A stretch of DNA of 64,000 nucleotides from contig CAYYTT010000006.1 of the NCBI GenBank assembly GCA_964474635.1, forward strand, positions 2,123 through 66,122. The letters are read 5' to 3'. The notes under the pieces are model-generated. The model had not been told where the DNA came from. It did not search any database and saw only the letters and a list, made by a program, of their open reading frames with translations. The position numbers and the translations under genes are program-made. Positions within the stretch are counted from its first letter, which is position 1. Every line of letters starts with the position of its first letter. Shown here one piece after another: positions 9,456-19,274 of this stretch. Source of the DNA: an uncultured Alphaproteobacteria bacterium (GTDB taxonomy: Bacteria > Pseudomonadota > Alphaproteobacteria > JAJFIK01).

Positions 9456-10925
9456 ATGAACAGGCGCGTGGTGATCATCGGTGCGGGGCTCGGCGGCTTG
9501 TGCGCCGCCATCAAGCTTCGCGAGGCGGGTGTGCAGGACCTCCTGGTGCTTGACCGGAACCCTCGCGTGGGCGGGGTGTGGCACGAGAACAGTTATCCCG
9601 GCTGCGCCTGCGACGTGCCGGTGGTTCTCTATCAATATTCCTTCGCGCCCAGTTTGAACTGGAGCCGCCATTTCCCAAGCGCCCAGGAAGTCCAGGCCTA
9701 TGCGGAGGAATTGGTGGACAGTTTTCAACTGCGCCCGCACCTGCGTCTGGGCGTGGCCGCGCACCGGGCCGAATGGCTTGAGGATCAGGCCGTGTGGCAT
9801 ATCACGCTCGATGACGGAACAGTCATTGAGGCCGATGCCATCATCGGCGCCCTGGGGCAGCTCAATCGCCCCGCCCTGCCGGACATTCCGGGCCGGGACG
9901 ACTTTAAGGGGCCGGCCATGCATTCGGCCCGCTGGGACCACGATGTGGATTTCGCGGGCAAGCGTGTCGGCGTGATCGGCTCGGCGGCGAGCGCCGTGCA
10001 ACTCATTCCGGAAGTGGCCAAGACGGCCGGCCATGTGACGGTCTATCAGCGCACGCCCAATTGGATCGTGCCGCGCCGGGACCGGGCGGTGAGCCCTGAG
10101 GAAATCGCCCTCGCCCTGACGATCCCCGACAAGGCAGGTGAGCTTAACGATATCCATCGGCGCATGCATTACGAGAACGCCGATTATTTCACCTGGCAGG
10201 TGTTTTCCTGGACGCCGGAGGGCCGGGCAGCCTTCACCAGAATCGCGACGGATCACCTTGAAGAGCAGGTCCCCGACGCGGCGCTTCGGGCTAAGCTGCT
10301 GCCGGACTACCCCATTGGCTGCAAACGGGTTCTCGTGTGCGACGATTTCTACCCGGCCCTTATGCGCGACACTGTCGATCTTGTCACGGAGGGTATTGCG
10401 CGCATCCGCGAGGACGGTGTTGAAACGCGGGATGCCTCGCGTCACCACCACGATATTCTCGTTTATGCCACTGGCTTCGAGACGACCGGATGGCATTGGT
10501 CCGTCGACGTCATCGGCCGGTTCGGTCAAAGCCTCATCCAGCGCTGGGCGGATCGTCCCGAAGCCTATCTCGGCATCACGGTGACGGACTACCCTAATTT
10601 CTTCGTGCTCTATGGCCCCAACACAAATCTGGGGCACAACTCGATCACCTTCATGCTGGAGCGCCAGGTGGACTACATCATCAAGGCACTCCAAACCCTT
10701 GATGATGTGGGCGCCAAGGCTCTCTCTCCGACCGCCGAGGCCCAGAGCCGCTTCAACCGGCAGCTCCAGGATGATTTGAGCAAAACCGTGTGGGCCGACC
10801 CCGCTTGCGTGTCCTGGTACAAGGATGGCCAGGGACGCATCACCCAGAACTGGTCGAACCACACCCGCGCCTATGCGGCCGAAACGGCAGAGGTCAAGCG
10901 CCAGGATTATCAGTTCGTCCGCTGA
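9456..10925 (+). CDS. Baeyer-Villiger-type flavin monooxygenase
   Basis: ATG at 9456, 8 nt after GGGAGG. FAD motif VVIIGAGLGG, BVMO fingerprint FKGPAMHSARWD (FxGxxxHxxxWD), and a second dinucleotide motif VGVIGSAASAVQ. Confidence 0.85.
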   Translation: MNRRVVIIGAGLGGLCAAIKLREAGVQDLLVLDRNPRVGGVWHENSYPGCACDVPVVLYQYSFAPSLNWSRHFPSAQEVQAYAEELVDSFQLRPHLRLGVAAHRAEWLEDQAVWHITLDDGTVIEADAIIGALGQLNRPALPDIPGRDDFKGPAMHSARWDHDVDFAGKRVGVIGSAASAVQLIPEVAKTAGHVTVYQRTPNWIVPRRDRAVSPEEIALALTIPDKAGELNDIHRRMHYENADYFTWQVFSWTPEGRAAFTRIATDHLEEQVPDAALRAKLLPDYPIGCKRVLVCDDFYPALMRDTVDLVTEGIARIREDGVETRDASRHHHDILVYATGFETTGWHWSVDVIGRFGQSLIQRWADRPEAYLGITVTDYPNFFVLYGPNTNLGHNSITFMLERQVDYIIKALQTLDDVGAKALSPTAEAQSRFNRQLQDDLSKTVWADPACVSWYKDGQGRITQNWSNHTRAYAAETAEVKRQDYQFVR

Positions 10926-11004
10926 CGGGACCGCCACCGGCGGCCGCCTAAGGCATGAAGCCATGGGGCGTGAAGCCAAAGGCGTGAACAAAGGGAGGCG
11001 TGGC

Positions 11005-12279
11005 ATGCCGACACGGCGTCACATCGTTCAGGGGCTTGCCGCCGCGTCCGGCGCAATGGTTGCCGGTTTTGACGCGCCCGCCCCGTCCGCCCGCACACCG
11101 GCCGCTGTTCTTGGGAAGCTTTCGGCCCTTATGGGCCGTCTTCCAAGCGCGCAGGCCGGCGTCGTGCTCCATGTGGCGCGCGGCGGTGAGATGCTTTACG
11201 CCGGCAGTGCCGGGTTCGCGGGCGGGCTCGACCCCATTGAACCGGCGCAGGGCGCGCCGCGACGGCCCATGAAGGCGGACACCATGGTCCGTGTGGCCTC
11301 GGTTTCCAAGATGGCCGTCGCCTTGACGGCGGCGGATGTCCTGGCACGGATCGGCGAAGGTTTCGAGGCAGATGCGGCCAAATGGCTGCCGGGTCTGCGC
11401 AATCCGGCCTTCCCGGAGCGGCCGATCACCCTCGCGCACCTCCTGGCGCACACCTCCAGCCTGCGCGATCCGGAGGCCTATTGGATCGCCGCGCCGGGGC
11501 GGATTGAAACCATCCTTCAGGCCAGCCCCTATGGCGCGCAGGCGCCTGGCACCTATTTCACCTACTGCAATTTCAATTTCGGCGTTCTGGCGACCATCCT
11601 GGAGCGGATGAGCGGCACCCGCTTTGACAGTCTCGCCCTGCAAACCCTCGCGGGGCTCGGTTTGCCGGGCGGGTTCAACTGGTCGGGCGTGCCCCGGGCC
11701 CGGCGCGAGGCCGGCGCGACGCTTTATCGGATCGTGGACGGCGACTGGCGGATCCAGACCGACGGTCCCGATATCCTTGCCATGGCGGACCCGTTGTGGC
11801 TCCACGAGGACGGCTTCACCCTGGCGCAGTACGAAGTGGGGTCGAATGGCACGCTGTTCTCGCCCCAAGGGGGCCTGCGCACGGATGTGGCCACGGCCGC
11901 GCGGCTGGCCAAGACCATCGCCGGCCGCCCCGACCTTGCCCGCATGGTCTGGCGCCATGATCCGCAAGCCAATAATGGCGATACCCTCGGCGGCCTTTAC
12001 GAGGCCTCGGGCCTTGGCTGCTTCGAATGGCGCCCTGAAAGCGCGCCGATCCGTGGTCAACGGATGATCGGCCATGACGGCGAGGCCTATGGCCTGTATT
12101 CCGGCGCCTGGTGGCTGCCTGACATGGACGCGGAAATCGGCTTCGCCATCACGGGAACGCCGCAGGGCGAGCAGCCCCCAAGCGATCATCCGGGCTACAA
12201 TCTCTGGTGCAAAACCCTGTTCGACACCGCGGCCGGTATTCTGGGCCTGGGCGGCAAAGCGCCGGAGGCACAGCCATGA
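11005..12279 (+). CDS. beta-lactamase-fold serine hydrolase (class C/esterase-like), probably exported
   Basis: ATG at 11005 after AGGGAGG. The N-terminus MPTRRHIVQGLAAASGAMVAG is twin-arginine-like. SxxK motif is VASVSKMAV. Confidence 0.8.
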   Translation: MPTRRHIVQGLAAASGAMVAGFDAPAPSARTPAAVLGKLSALMGRLPSAQAGVVLHVARGGEMLYAGSAGFAGGLDPIEPAQGAPRRPMKADTMVRVASVSKMAVALTAADVLARIGEGFEADAAKWLPGLRNPAFPERPITLAHLLAHTSSLRDPEAYWIAAPGRIETILQASPYGAQAPGTYFTYCNFNFGVLATILERMSGTRFDSLALQTLAGLGLPGGFNWSGVPRARREAGATLYRIVDGDWRIQTDGPDILAMADPLWLHEDGFTLAQYEVGSNGTLFSPQGGLRTDVATAARLAKTIAGRPDLARMVWRHDPQANNGDTLGGLYEASGLGCFEWRPESAPIRGQRMIGHDGEAYGLYSGAWWLPDMDAEIGFAITGTPQGEQPPSDHPGYNLWCKTLFDTAAGILGLGGKAPEAQP

Positions 12280-12764
12280 CCGTCACGATCAGACCGCTCG
12301 GGCCAGAAGACCGGGACGCCTGGACCCGGCTCTGGCGTGCCTATCTCGCCTTCTACCGTACGAGCCGGCCGGACATCGTCTATGAGACGCTGTGGTCCAG
12401 GCTGATGGGCGATCATCCCTATGACGGGCATGGCCTCATCGCGCTGGTCGACGGCGCGCCCGCGGGCCTGGCGCACTATTACTTTCAGCGTCACGGCTGG
12501 TCGATAGAGGACGTCACCTACCTCCAGGACCTTTATGTGGACCCGGATCAACGGGGCACGGGGATGGGCCGTGCCCTGATCGAGGCCGTCTACCAGGCGG
12601 CGGATGCGGCGGGCCGCCCGTCGGTCTATTGGACCACGGAGCAGGACAATGTCACGGCCCGCCGGCTCTACGACCGCATCGGCACGGTCACCAAATTCAT
12701 TCGCTATACGCGCCCCTCTCCCACGGGCGGCGGTTCCGACCATCAAGACCCGGCGCGGGAGTGA
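12276..12764 (+). CDS. GNAT family N-acetyltransferase
   Basis: ATGA start/stop overlap with the upstream hydrolase. Acetyl-CoA motif is VDPDQRGTGMGRALI. Confidence 0.85.
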   Translation: MTVTIRPLGPEDRDAWTRLWRAYLAFYRTSRPDIVYETLWSRLMGDHPYDGHGLIALVDGAPAGLAHYYFQRHGWSIEDVTYLQDLYVDPDQRGTGMGRALIEAVYQAADAAGRPSVYWTTEQDNVTARRLYDRIGTVTKFIRYTRPSPTGGGSDHQDPARE

Positions 12765-12769
12765 GTGAT

Positions 12770-13132
12770 ATGGATTGGCTTGTCCGGGTGAGTTGGCTGG
12801 CCCTTGCGGCACTGCACGTGGCGCCGTCCCTGCCCTTGTTTGTGCCCTCCATGGTGAAGCGGCTTTACGGCGTTGATCCGCAGGGCGTTTTGGGCAGTCT
12901 CCTGGTCCACCGGGCCGCGCTGTTCGTGATCGCGGTGGTGGCCGCGCTGATGGCGCTGGCCGATCCGGCCGCCCGCAAGCTGGCGACGCTTGTCCTTGCC
13001 ATCAGCATGGTGAGTTTTCTTGTGATCTACTGGCGCGCGGGTCTGCCCGAAGGCCCGCTCCGAACCATTGCCGGCGCCGATGCCCTCGGCCTTGTCCCGC
13101 TCGCAATCGTCGCCTACGCCGCCTGGCGATGA
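12770..13132 (+). CDS. small integral membrane protein (about 120 aa, 4 predicted hydrophobic segments), unknown function
   Basis: In-frame ATG 5 nt after the GNAT stop. Hydrophobic stretches include WLALAALHVAPSLPLFV, AALFVIAVVAALMALA, LVLAISMVSFLVIY and GLVPLAIVAYAAW. Confidence 0.6.
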   Translation: MDWLVRVSWLALAALHVAPSLPLFVPSMVKRLYGVDPQGVLGSLLVHRAALFVIAVVAALMALADPAARKLATLVLAISMVSFLVIYWRAGLPEGPLRTIAGADALGLVPLAIVAYAAWR

Positions 13133-13135
13133 GCG

Positions 13136-14419
13136 TCAGTTCACGGCAAGATTGACCGGGTTGAGACCACCCGCCCGCAGGCGAGAGACAATCGCCTCCG
13201 CCTGGGCCGGTCCTGCCGCAACGAGGACCGTCAGGGGGCGGTCCTTAGCCTCATCAACCGTCAGCACCGGCCGGCCCAGATGCGGCGTGCCGGCCTTCGC
13301 GTCATCGATGAACATGGTGGGGCGCAGGTCGGGCACGAGGTCGCACAACACCGCGCTATAGGGTCCGGTGCCGTAGACCGCGAGCGCCTGGCCGCTGGTC
13401 TTGGCGACCGCCTCCGCATCGCGGGCCTTCATGGCCGCCCGCTCCCACCAGCTGCCATGCCCCGCAAAGAGGCTGCGCACGTCTTCAAGCTCATCCTGGG
13501 TCGCGCCCAGCGGCGCCTGGGGCTCACCGGCCCGGGCGATGACATGCCAGCCGGCGATGAAATCGTGGCTTTCCAGAACATCGAAGCCGGCCTCGCGCAG
13601 GAAGGCCAGAAACCGTGGCCGGGTCACGAGGAAGCTGCGATCCCAGAAATGCGGCGCCGTCTGATCGCTTTCCAAAACCGTCAGTTCAAGGCTGACCAGC
13701 GCTTCAGCCGCGCACACGGCACGGATCTTTTTCAGCTGCGCCAGCGGCGCGGCGTTGTGAAACACATCGTGGGCGGCCACCACGTCGAAATCACGCCCGG
13801 CAAAGAGCATGGGATCGAAGGACGCGCGCAGGAAGCCGGGCCGGCCGTTGATCGGCGGCCAATCCTCGGTCAGATCCGCGGCCGTATCGATGCCGATGGC
13901 GCGCCAGTCCTGGAAAGTGTGGGCAATCCGCCGGGTCAAATGGCCGGCGCCGCAGGAAATGTCGAGAAACTCCCCCGTCACCCGCCCCATGGCGGACACA
14001 TGGTCCAGAAAGCGCGGCTCGATCAGGCTGCGTTTGCCGTGGGCCTTGCCCTCGATGATGACGATCTCATCCTTGGAGCCTGCTCCGGTCCGCGCCACGC
14101 GGGCCTGGAGGTCGAGCAGAACGCTCGGCCGATCGAGAACCGTCTCGATAATGCCGCAGGCCGGGCACAGCAGCCGTTCCGCCGTGCACGGTCCGATCCG
14201 GCCCGGCTTGTCCGCCTGCCCCAGCTGGGCCGAGACAAGGGGATAGGCATCACCGTCGAGCCGCGTCAGGACGATTTTGGGCGCATCGCTCCCGCAGTTC
14301 GAGCAGCTGTGCGCACGACCCGGCGCTTTGGTGCCAAGGGTGTCTTGCTCGCCGGTTTGGAACGGGATGGTCACGGATTGTCCTTTCACGCCAGTCATGG
14401 GCGACGCCTCCATGGACAC
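13136..14419 (-). CDS. class I SAM-dependent methyltransferase with an N-terminal Cys4 zinc ribbon (architecture resembles NDP-sugar C-methyltransferases)
   Basis: 427-aa ORF. CSNCG...(41 aa)...CPACG zinc-ribbon pair, SAM motif I FLDISCGAGHLT, and a C-terminal Rossmann-like extension. Confidence 0.7.
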   Translation of the reverse strand: MSMEASPMTGVKGQSVTIPFQTGEQDTLGTKAPGRAHSCSNCGSDAPKIVLTRLDGDAYPLVSAQLGQADKPGRIGPCTAERLLCPACGIIETVLDRPSVLLDLQARVARTGAGSKDEIVIIEGKAHGKRSLIEPRFLDHVSAMGRVTGEFLDISCGAGHLTRRIAHTFQDWRAIGIDTAADLTEDWPPINGRPGFLRASFDPMLFAGRDFDVVAAHDVFHNAAPLAQLKKIRAVCAAEALVSLELTVLESDQTAPHFWDRSFLVTRPRFLAFLREAGFDVLESHDFIAGWHVIARAGEPQAPLGATQDELEDVRSLFAGHGSWWERAAMKARDAEAVAKTSGQALAVYGTGPYSAVLCDLVPDLRPTMFIDDAKAGTPHLGRPVLTVDEAKDRPLTVLVAAGPAQAEAIVSRLRAGGLNPVNLAVN

Positions 14420-14917
14420 ACGTTACAGCGGTCCCGTTAACCCTCAGTTGCCACGTCCGCGAGTGGCACCCGCCCTTCGCGCCGCCGGCCCGTCCTGCAC
14501 AACACCCGCGGCATCGGGGGCATTCCAACGGCCCGCAAGCGCCCTGCTGCGCCGCGTGCCATCGAAGCGCGACGGACCAAGGGGCCAAAGCCAGAGCCAG
14601 ATCCTCGTGATCGGAAGCGCTTGCCCAAACCACACAGATTGCGCACCATCCGGGGCAAACTCGTGTGGCATGGGAGGCTTTCTTATGATCTGCGGGTGGC
14701 TCCAACGGGAGATGAACGGCCGCGGGGGGATACCCGGCCGTCTGCCGCACGCAAAGACAGCACGCCGCCAATGGGAATTTGGCCGTGCCGATTCTCTTAC
14801 GACGGATGCAGATTAGCGCTTGACAGGCAGGGGGTACAAATGGGTCGTACCAATACAGAAACGCGCGATCTTGGCCTCATAGGCCACTGTTCTCGCCGTG
14901 TCGCGGGACGTATCGGC

Positions 14918-17122
14918 ATGATGCTGCGCGCGCCGAACCGACATTTGATTGTCGCCTTTACCGTTATCGCCGGCTTGCTGTACACGCAACACGGGGCATG
15001 GGCCCAAGGCGCGGGCCGGAACGGCCTGCCTAACATGGGCCTGACCTATGACATCTCCGTGTCAGTTGACATGGAGACGCGGAGATTTTCCGGACAGGAG
15101 CGCATCACCTGGCGCAATCCGGGATCGCGGCCCGTCGACCGGATCCCGATGCACCTTTACCTCAATGCCTTCGCTAACGGCGCCTCCACATGGCTGACCG
15201 AGCAACGCGGCGGGCGCGGCCTGCGTTTTCTGGACGATCGCCTGCCGGAGGACAGTTGGGGCTTCAACGAGCCGCGCAAAATAACCCGTGTCTCGGGCGA
15301 TACGGTCCGCGACCTGACCTGGAGCGCGGTCCAACCCGATGACGGTAATGAGGCCGACCGCACCCTGATCGAGATCGCCCTGCGCCGCCCCGTGGCCCCG
15401 GGCGAAACCCTGACCCTGGACGTGACCTTCGAGGGTCGCCTGCCCGAGCCGATTGCACGAACCGGCTGCATTCCGGACATGTGCTTTTTCGCCCAGTGGT
15501 TTCCGAAACTCGGCGCCTTTGAGACCGCCAACCTGCGCGGCGGCGCGGTCGACGGCTTCGCGGCGCGTCAGTTCCACAGCTCCACGGAATTCTACGCCAA
15601 CTTTGCCGACTACACGGTCACCATCAATGCGCCCACGGACTTTACCATTGGCGCCACGGGCGCGCGCACCGAGGAACGCGGTGAAGACGGCCGCCAGATC
15701 GTCACCTATCGTCAGAACGCCGTGACGGACTTTGCCTTCACCGTGGGCCGGTTCGATGAATACACCTCCACCTTCGATCCCAATGGCGAGGGCCCGACCG
15801 TCGCGGTCCGCTATCTGGCCTATGCGGATCGCGGCTTCGCGCTTGAGCGCGCCATCACGGCGGTCCACGGCTCCTTGCGGGTCCTCAACGAAAAGCTCGG
15901 GGCCTACCCGTACGAGACGCTGACGGTGGTCTATCCGCCCATCCAGGGCGCGGCCGTGGGCGGCATGGAGTATCCAACACTGTTCACGGGCATTGCTGTC
16001 GATCCGGTTTTTTTCAACCCGCCCCTCGACCAGCTCGGCCTTCTGGAAACCGTCGATATCCACGAATTCGGCCACCAGTATTTCCAACATCTTCTGGCCA
16101 CGAACGAACAGCTCGAAGCCTTCATGGACGAGGGTTTCAACAGCTACTGGGAAGGCGTGATCAAGACCGAACTTTTCGGCAAGGAACGCTCCGGGGGTGC
16201 CATTTTCGGACGGCCCATCGACGATCTGCTTTCGGAACGCTCTAGCGATACCTTCCCGCGCCTGCGCGAGGCGCTGGCCAAAAGCCCTTCAAACCTGTTT
16301 TACAGCGGGACCAGCGGAACACAGATCTATTCCCGCCCATCCGTCACGCTGCGCACGGCGGCGGGCCTTTTCGGCGAGGAGCGGCTGCATTCGGTCTTCC
16401 GCACCTATTTCCAGCGCTGGCGCTTCAAACATCCCAGCTATGAGGATTTCATGGCCGTCGTCTCCCAGGTGGGCGGTGCGGACATGGAGGCCTTCCTGCG
16501 CGAGGGGTTCTCGGCCCGGCGGCATCCGGACTTTCGGGTGCGCACCGCAAGCTCCCGGCCCTACGCCGCGCCGGTCGGCCGCTATGAACGGCCCGGGGAC
16601 GAGCCCCTGGTGCTGACCCAGGACAACGCGCAGGACCACAAATCTCTCCTGATCACCGACCGGGCCCGCGAAACCGACGGCCTTGTCTGGGCCCAGATCA
16701 CCGATCCGGGCTATGTCAGGGCCTCTGGCACCCAGGACGGCGCGGTGAGTTGGCAAAGTTTCGCGCCGACGCTCGGGTCGGTCGACGTCAAAACCGGCGA
16801 TGCCGATTTCTTCGAGACCATCGTGCGTGTGTCCGGGCCCGGCTGGGATCACCTGCCCATCGACGTCGTTTTCGAGTTCGAGGACGGGGTCACCATCCAG
16901 GAGGTGTGGGACGGACGCGCGGCGTGGCGGCAATACCGATTCTTGCGAGGCGCCAAATTGAAGGCGGTTCGTCTTGATCCGGACAATAAGATCGCGCTCG
17001 ACTACGACATCAAGAACAACAGCCGGCTGCTCGATCCGGACCCCGATCTGGCCCGCGACATGACGGCGTGGGCGGGCGCGTTGTTCCAGACCTTTTTGAG
17101 CGGCCTTTGGGGGGCATTGTGA
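14918..17122 (+). CDS. M1-family zinc metallopeptidase, secreted
   Basis: HEFGH-x18-E (HEFGHQYFQHLLATNEQLEAFMDEG) plus a GGMEYP exopeptidase-like motif. The start is trimmed to MMLRAPNRHLIVAFTVIAGLLYTQHGAWAQG, a signal-peptide-like N-terminus. Confidence 0.8.
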   Translation: MMLRAPNRHLIVAFTVIAGLLYTQHGAWAQGAGRNGLPNMGLTYDISVSVDMETRRFSGQERITWRNPGSRPVDRIPMHLYLNAFANGASTWLTEQRGGRGLRFLDDRLPEDSWGFNEPRKITRVSGDTVRDLTWSAVQPDDGNEADRTLIEIALRRPVAPGETLTLDVTFEGRLPEPIARTGCIPDMCFFAQWFPKLGAFETANLRGGAVDGFAARQFHSSTEFYANFADYTVTINAPTDFTIGATGARTEERGEDGRQIVTYRQNAVTDFAFTVGRFDEYTSTFDPNGEGPTVAVRYLAYADRGFALERAITAVHGSLRVLNEKLGAYPYETLTVVYPPIQGAAVGGMEYPTLFTGIAVDPVFFNPPLDQLGLLETVDIHEFGHQYFQHLLATNEQLEAFMDEGFNSYWEGVIKTELFGKERSGGAIFGRPIDDLLSERSSDTFPRLREALAKSPSNLFYSGTSGTQIYSRPSVTLRTAAGLFGEERLHSVFRTYFQRWRFKHPSYEDFMAVVSQVGGADMEAFLREGFSARRHPDFRVRTASSRPYAAPVGRYERPGDEPLVLTQDNAQDHKSLLITDRARETDGLVWAQITDPGYVRASGTQDGAVSWQSFAPTLGSVDVKTGDADFFETIVRVSGPGWDHLPIDVVFEFEDGVTIQEVWDGRAAWRQYRFLRGAKLKAVRLDPDNKIALDYDIKNNSRLLDPDPDLARDMTAWAGALFQTFLSGLWGAL

Positions 17123-18123
17123 TGGCGAACGAAGGGGCAATCACCAAACCGATCCGGCAGGGCATGGGCCTCGTGCGGGGCTCCCTGACGCTGCTCCTCA
17201 TGCGGATCGCCGGCAGTCTGCTGCTCGTGGCGCCAGCCATGCTGGCCGCAAAGGGCGCGGCCGATGAGGCGGCCCAGTCCGCGTTCTTTTCCGAGGCGGC
17301 CCTGCCCATGCCGGCCAACCATTTCTTCTCGTTGCTCGGCCAGGTGCTGGGCGCGGCGGCGCCGGCCGCCATTGCCCTCATTCTTACCATCGGGCTGGCC
17401 TATAAATTCCTGCTCGATGGCGGGGCCATGCGCTGGTTTGCCCTGGAGGCGCAAAACGATCCCCGGGGCGCCGGCTTCCTGGGGCCGTGGCGCGTGATCT
17501 TCGGCGAAGGGTGGCAGTGGTTCTGGGCCATGCTGCGCATCGCCATCGTGCCCGGCCTGCTGCTTGTCCTGGCTCTCGGGACGATCGCCTTTTTGGTCAG
17601 CCCGGCCGAAAACCCCCTCAAAATTCCTGAAGGGCGCACCGCGTTCGACTTTTACGTGGTGATCCCCGGGATCGGCGCGGCCGCGGTCCTTGCCCTGTCC
17701 TGGCTGACGGGGGCTCTTGCGCTTCAGATGCGGGCCGTCAGCGTGGTGAACGAGCGCAAGAACACGTTCTACGCCCTGTGGCGCGGTCTGGGGATCCTGG
17801 CGCGCAGACCGTTCCAGGGCACGCTGATTTATCTGGTGATCTCGGCGATCCTGGCCCTGCTGAGCATGGCCCTTGTGGTGGCCTGGCGGGTGACGGATCC
17901 CCGCGAGGGCATCCTCATGGCGCTCATCGGGGCCTGGCTGTTCACGGTGCTGATCCAGGCCTATGTCTGGCACTGGATGGCACGGTCCGCTGTCTTGCTC
18001 TCGCTGTTGCGGGATCGCGGGACGCCGGCACCGGCTGCGGCGGCCCCTGCTGCGCCCCAGGACGCGTGGGAGGAAGACGCGGACACAGATGTGGACGGCG
18101 GCGCACAATCCGCGCCCGATTGA
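17122..18123 (+). CDS. polytopic membrane protein of unknown function, translationally coupled to the M1 peptidase
   Basis: The ATG overlaps the peptidase TGA (gTGATGg). There are multiple long hydrophobic segments and a Pro/Ala/acidic-rich C-terminal tail. Confidence 0.6.
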   Translation: MANEGAITKPIRQGMGLVRGSLTLLLMRIAGSLLLVAPAMLAAKGAADEAAQSAFFSEAALPMPANHFFSLLGQVLGAAAPAAIALILTIGLAYKFLLDGGAMRWFALEAQNDPRGAGFLGPWRVIFGEGWQWFWAMLRIAIVPGLLLVLALGTIAFLVSPAENPLKIPEGRTAFDFYVVIPGIGAAAVLALSWLTGALALQMRAVSVVNERKNTFYALWRGLGILARRPFQGTLIYLVISAILALLSMALVVAWRVTDPREGILMALIGAWLFTVLIQAYVWHWMARSAVLLSLLRDRGTPAPAAAAPAAPQDAWEEDADTDVDGGAQSAPD

Positions 18124-18135
18124 CCGGATCGCGAT

Positions 18136-19209
18136 CTATAGCAGACCGAGGAGGGACTGGATGTCGTCCGGCCAATCCTCGGTCCGCGGACCATGGCGCA
18201 CCATGAGCGCATAGGCGAGCGGCTCCAGATCAACGCCAAGTGTGCCAGAATGGGCGTGCCGCCCCCCTTCCAGTCTGTAACCGAAGGCCCGGGCATATCG
18301 ATCAAGGTGCAAGGTCAGCCCCATGACGGGGATCGGACCCGATTTCGCTGAAGGTCCGGCCGCGCACACGGCGTAATGGAGACCGAAGCCCTTCTGGAAG
18401 GCGCCGCGCAGGGTCCAGGCACCGGCGCCCTCGCCCGAGCGCAGGACCCGGGCCTCCATATCCAGATGCTCGATCAGGGCCACCATATCGTCGAGCCATT
18501 CTTCCCGGGCCGCTTCGACAAAGCCCGAGGTGCCGACGGCGAGGAGTTCGCGGCGCGTGCACACCCGCGCACCCGCAATGCCCGCAGGCCGGCCGGCCAC
18601 GCGTCGCACGACCTTCCCCCCCGCATGGAACAGCGTATTGGCGACAATCCCTTGCGCGCCCAGGGCAAAGTGACAGCCCGAGGATGGCCCCGGCGCAGGC
18701 TCCAGCAACGCCGGCAGGTCATCGGGCCCGAGGGGGGGCAGATCATGCTCGGCCGCGCCATAATGGGCCCCAAGGGCGCGCAAGACCCGGTCGAAGCCCC
18801 GGATGACGGCCAGGAAGGGCCCTGTACAGCGAAACACCCCTGGCGCGAAGGCCTGGATGTCGCCGCGCGCGGCCAAATCCGCATCCGGATCGCCCCAATT
18901 GGGGCCGCTGGCCCGGTGACGATGGATGAGACCGGCATCGATGGCCCGCGTGGAATGCTTGAGCCGCCCCGCGAGGGCCGACACGCTCGACGGATCGGCG
19001 CGCGCGCGCTGGGTCAGGTGGCGCGGTGGCTTGGGCTGCGGCCGGTGTTGTCCGCGCAGCAAATAGGCCAGTTCATGGTGATCGAAGGTCGCCTCGTCGA
19101 GGTCGTCCACGCGCAAGATGTTCTGCTCTCCTGACGCATCGGGCGAGGCGGATCTTGCTGAGGCGGGCACGGGCATGGCGATCCCCCAAATATCCAAACA
19201 CGCGGGCAC
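18136..19209 (-). CDS. hypothetical protein with tentative class II aminoacyl-tRNA-synthetase-like core (SerRS-like / amino acid:carrier-protein-ligase-like)
   Basis: 357-aa ORF. The pattern GVFRCTGPFLAVIRGFDRVLRALGAHYGAAEHDLPPL resembles the entry into a class II aaRS catalytic core. RRELLAVGTSGFVEAAREEWL resembles the segment after motif 2, and the C-terminal SGTLGVDLEPLAYALMVRHG...WPDDIQSLL is motif-3-like. This is recognition by eye only. Confidence 0.35.
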   Translation of the reverse strand: MPACLDIWGIAMPVPASARSASPDASGEQNILRVDDLDEATFDHHELAYLLRGQHRPQPKPPRHLTQRARADPSSVSALAGRLKHSTRAIDAGLIHRHRASGPNWGDPDADLAARGDIQAFAPGVFRCTGPFLAVIRGFDRVLRALGAHYGAAEHDLPPLGPDDLPALLEPAPGPSSGCHFALGAQGIVANTLFHAGGKVVRRVAGRPAGIAGARVCTRRELLAVGTSGFVEAAREEWLDDMVALIEHLDMEARVLRSGEGAGAWTLRGAFQKGFGLHYAVCAAGPSAKSGPIPVMGLTLHLDRYARAFGYRLEGGRHAHSGTLGVDLEPLAYALMVRHGPRTEDWPDDIQSLLGLL

Positions 19210-19274
19210 ACGGAACGGGCCCTCAACGGGCTGCCGGACTGTGGAACGGTGGCGGGTGGCCCCTTAATCGCGCG

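Noticed and set aside
9030-11006. 658-aa minus-strand ORF (and the neighbouring 7477-8709 and 8399-9514 minus-strand ORFs)
   Set aside because: They are antisense to the BVMO, Anbu and alpha-E genes, all of which carry clear family motifs.
14420-14917. About 500-bp untranslated region upstream of the M1 peptidase. I looked for a riboswitch, sRNA or promoter. A TTGACA lies at 14820-14825.
   Set aside because: There is no convincing -10 element at proper spacing and no conserved riboswitch core that I can recognise. The upstream in-frame Met codons lack signal-peptide logic. I left it unannotated.
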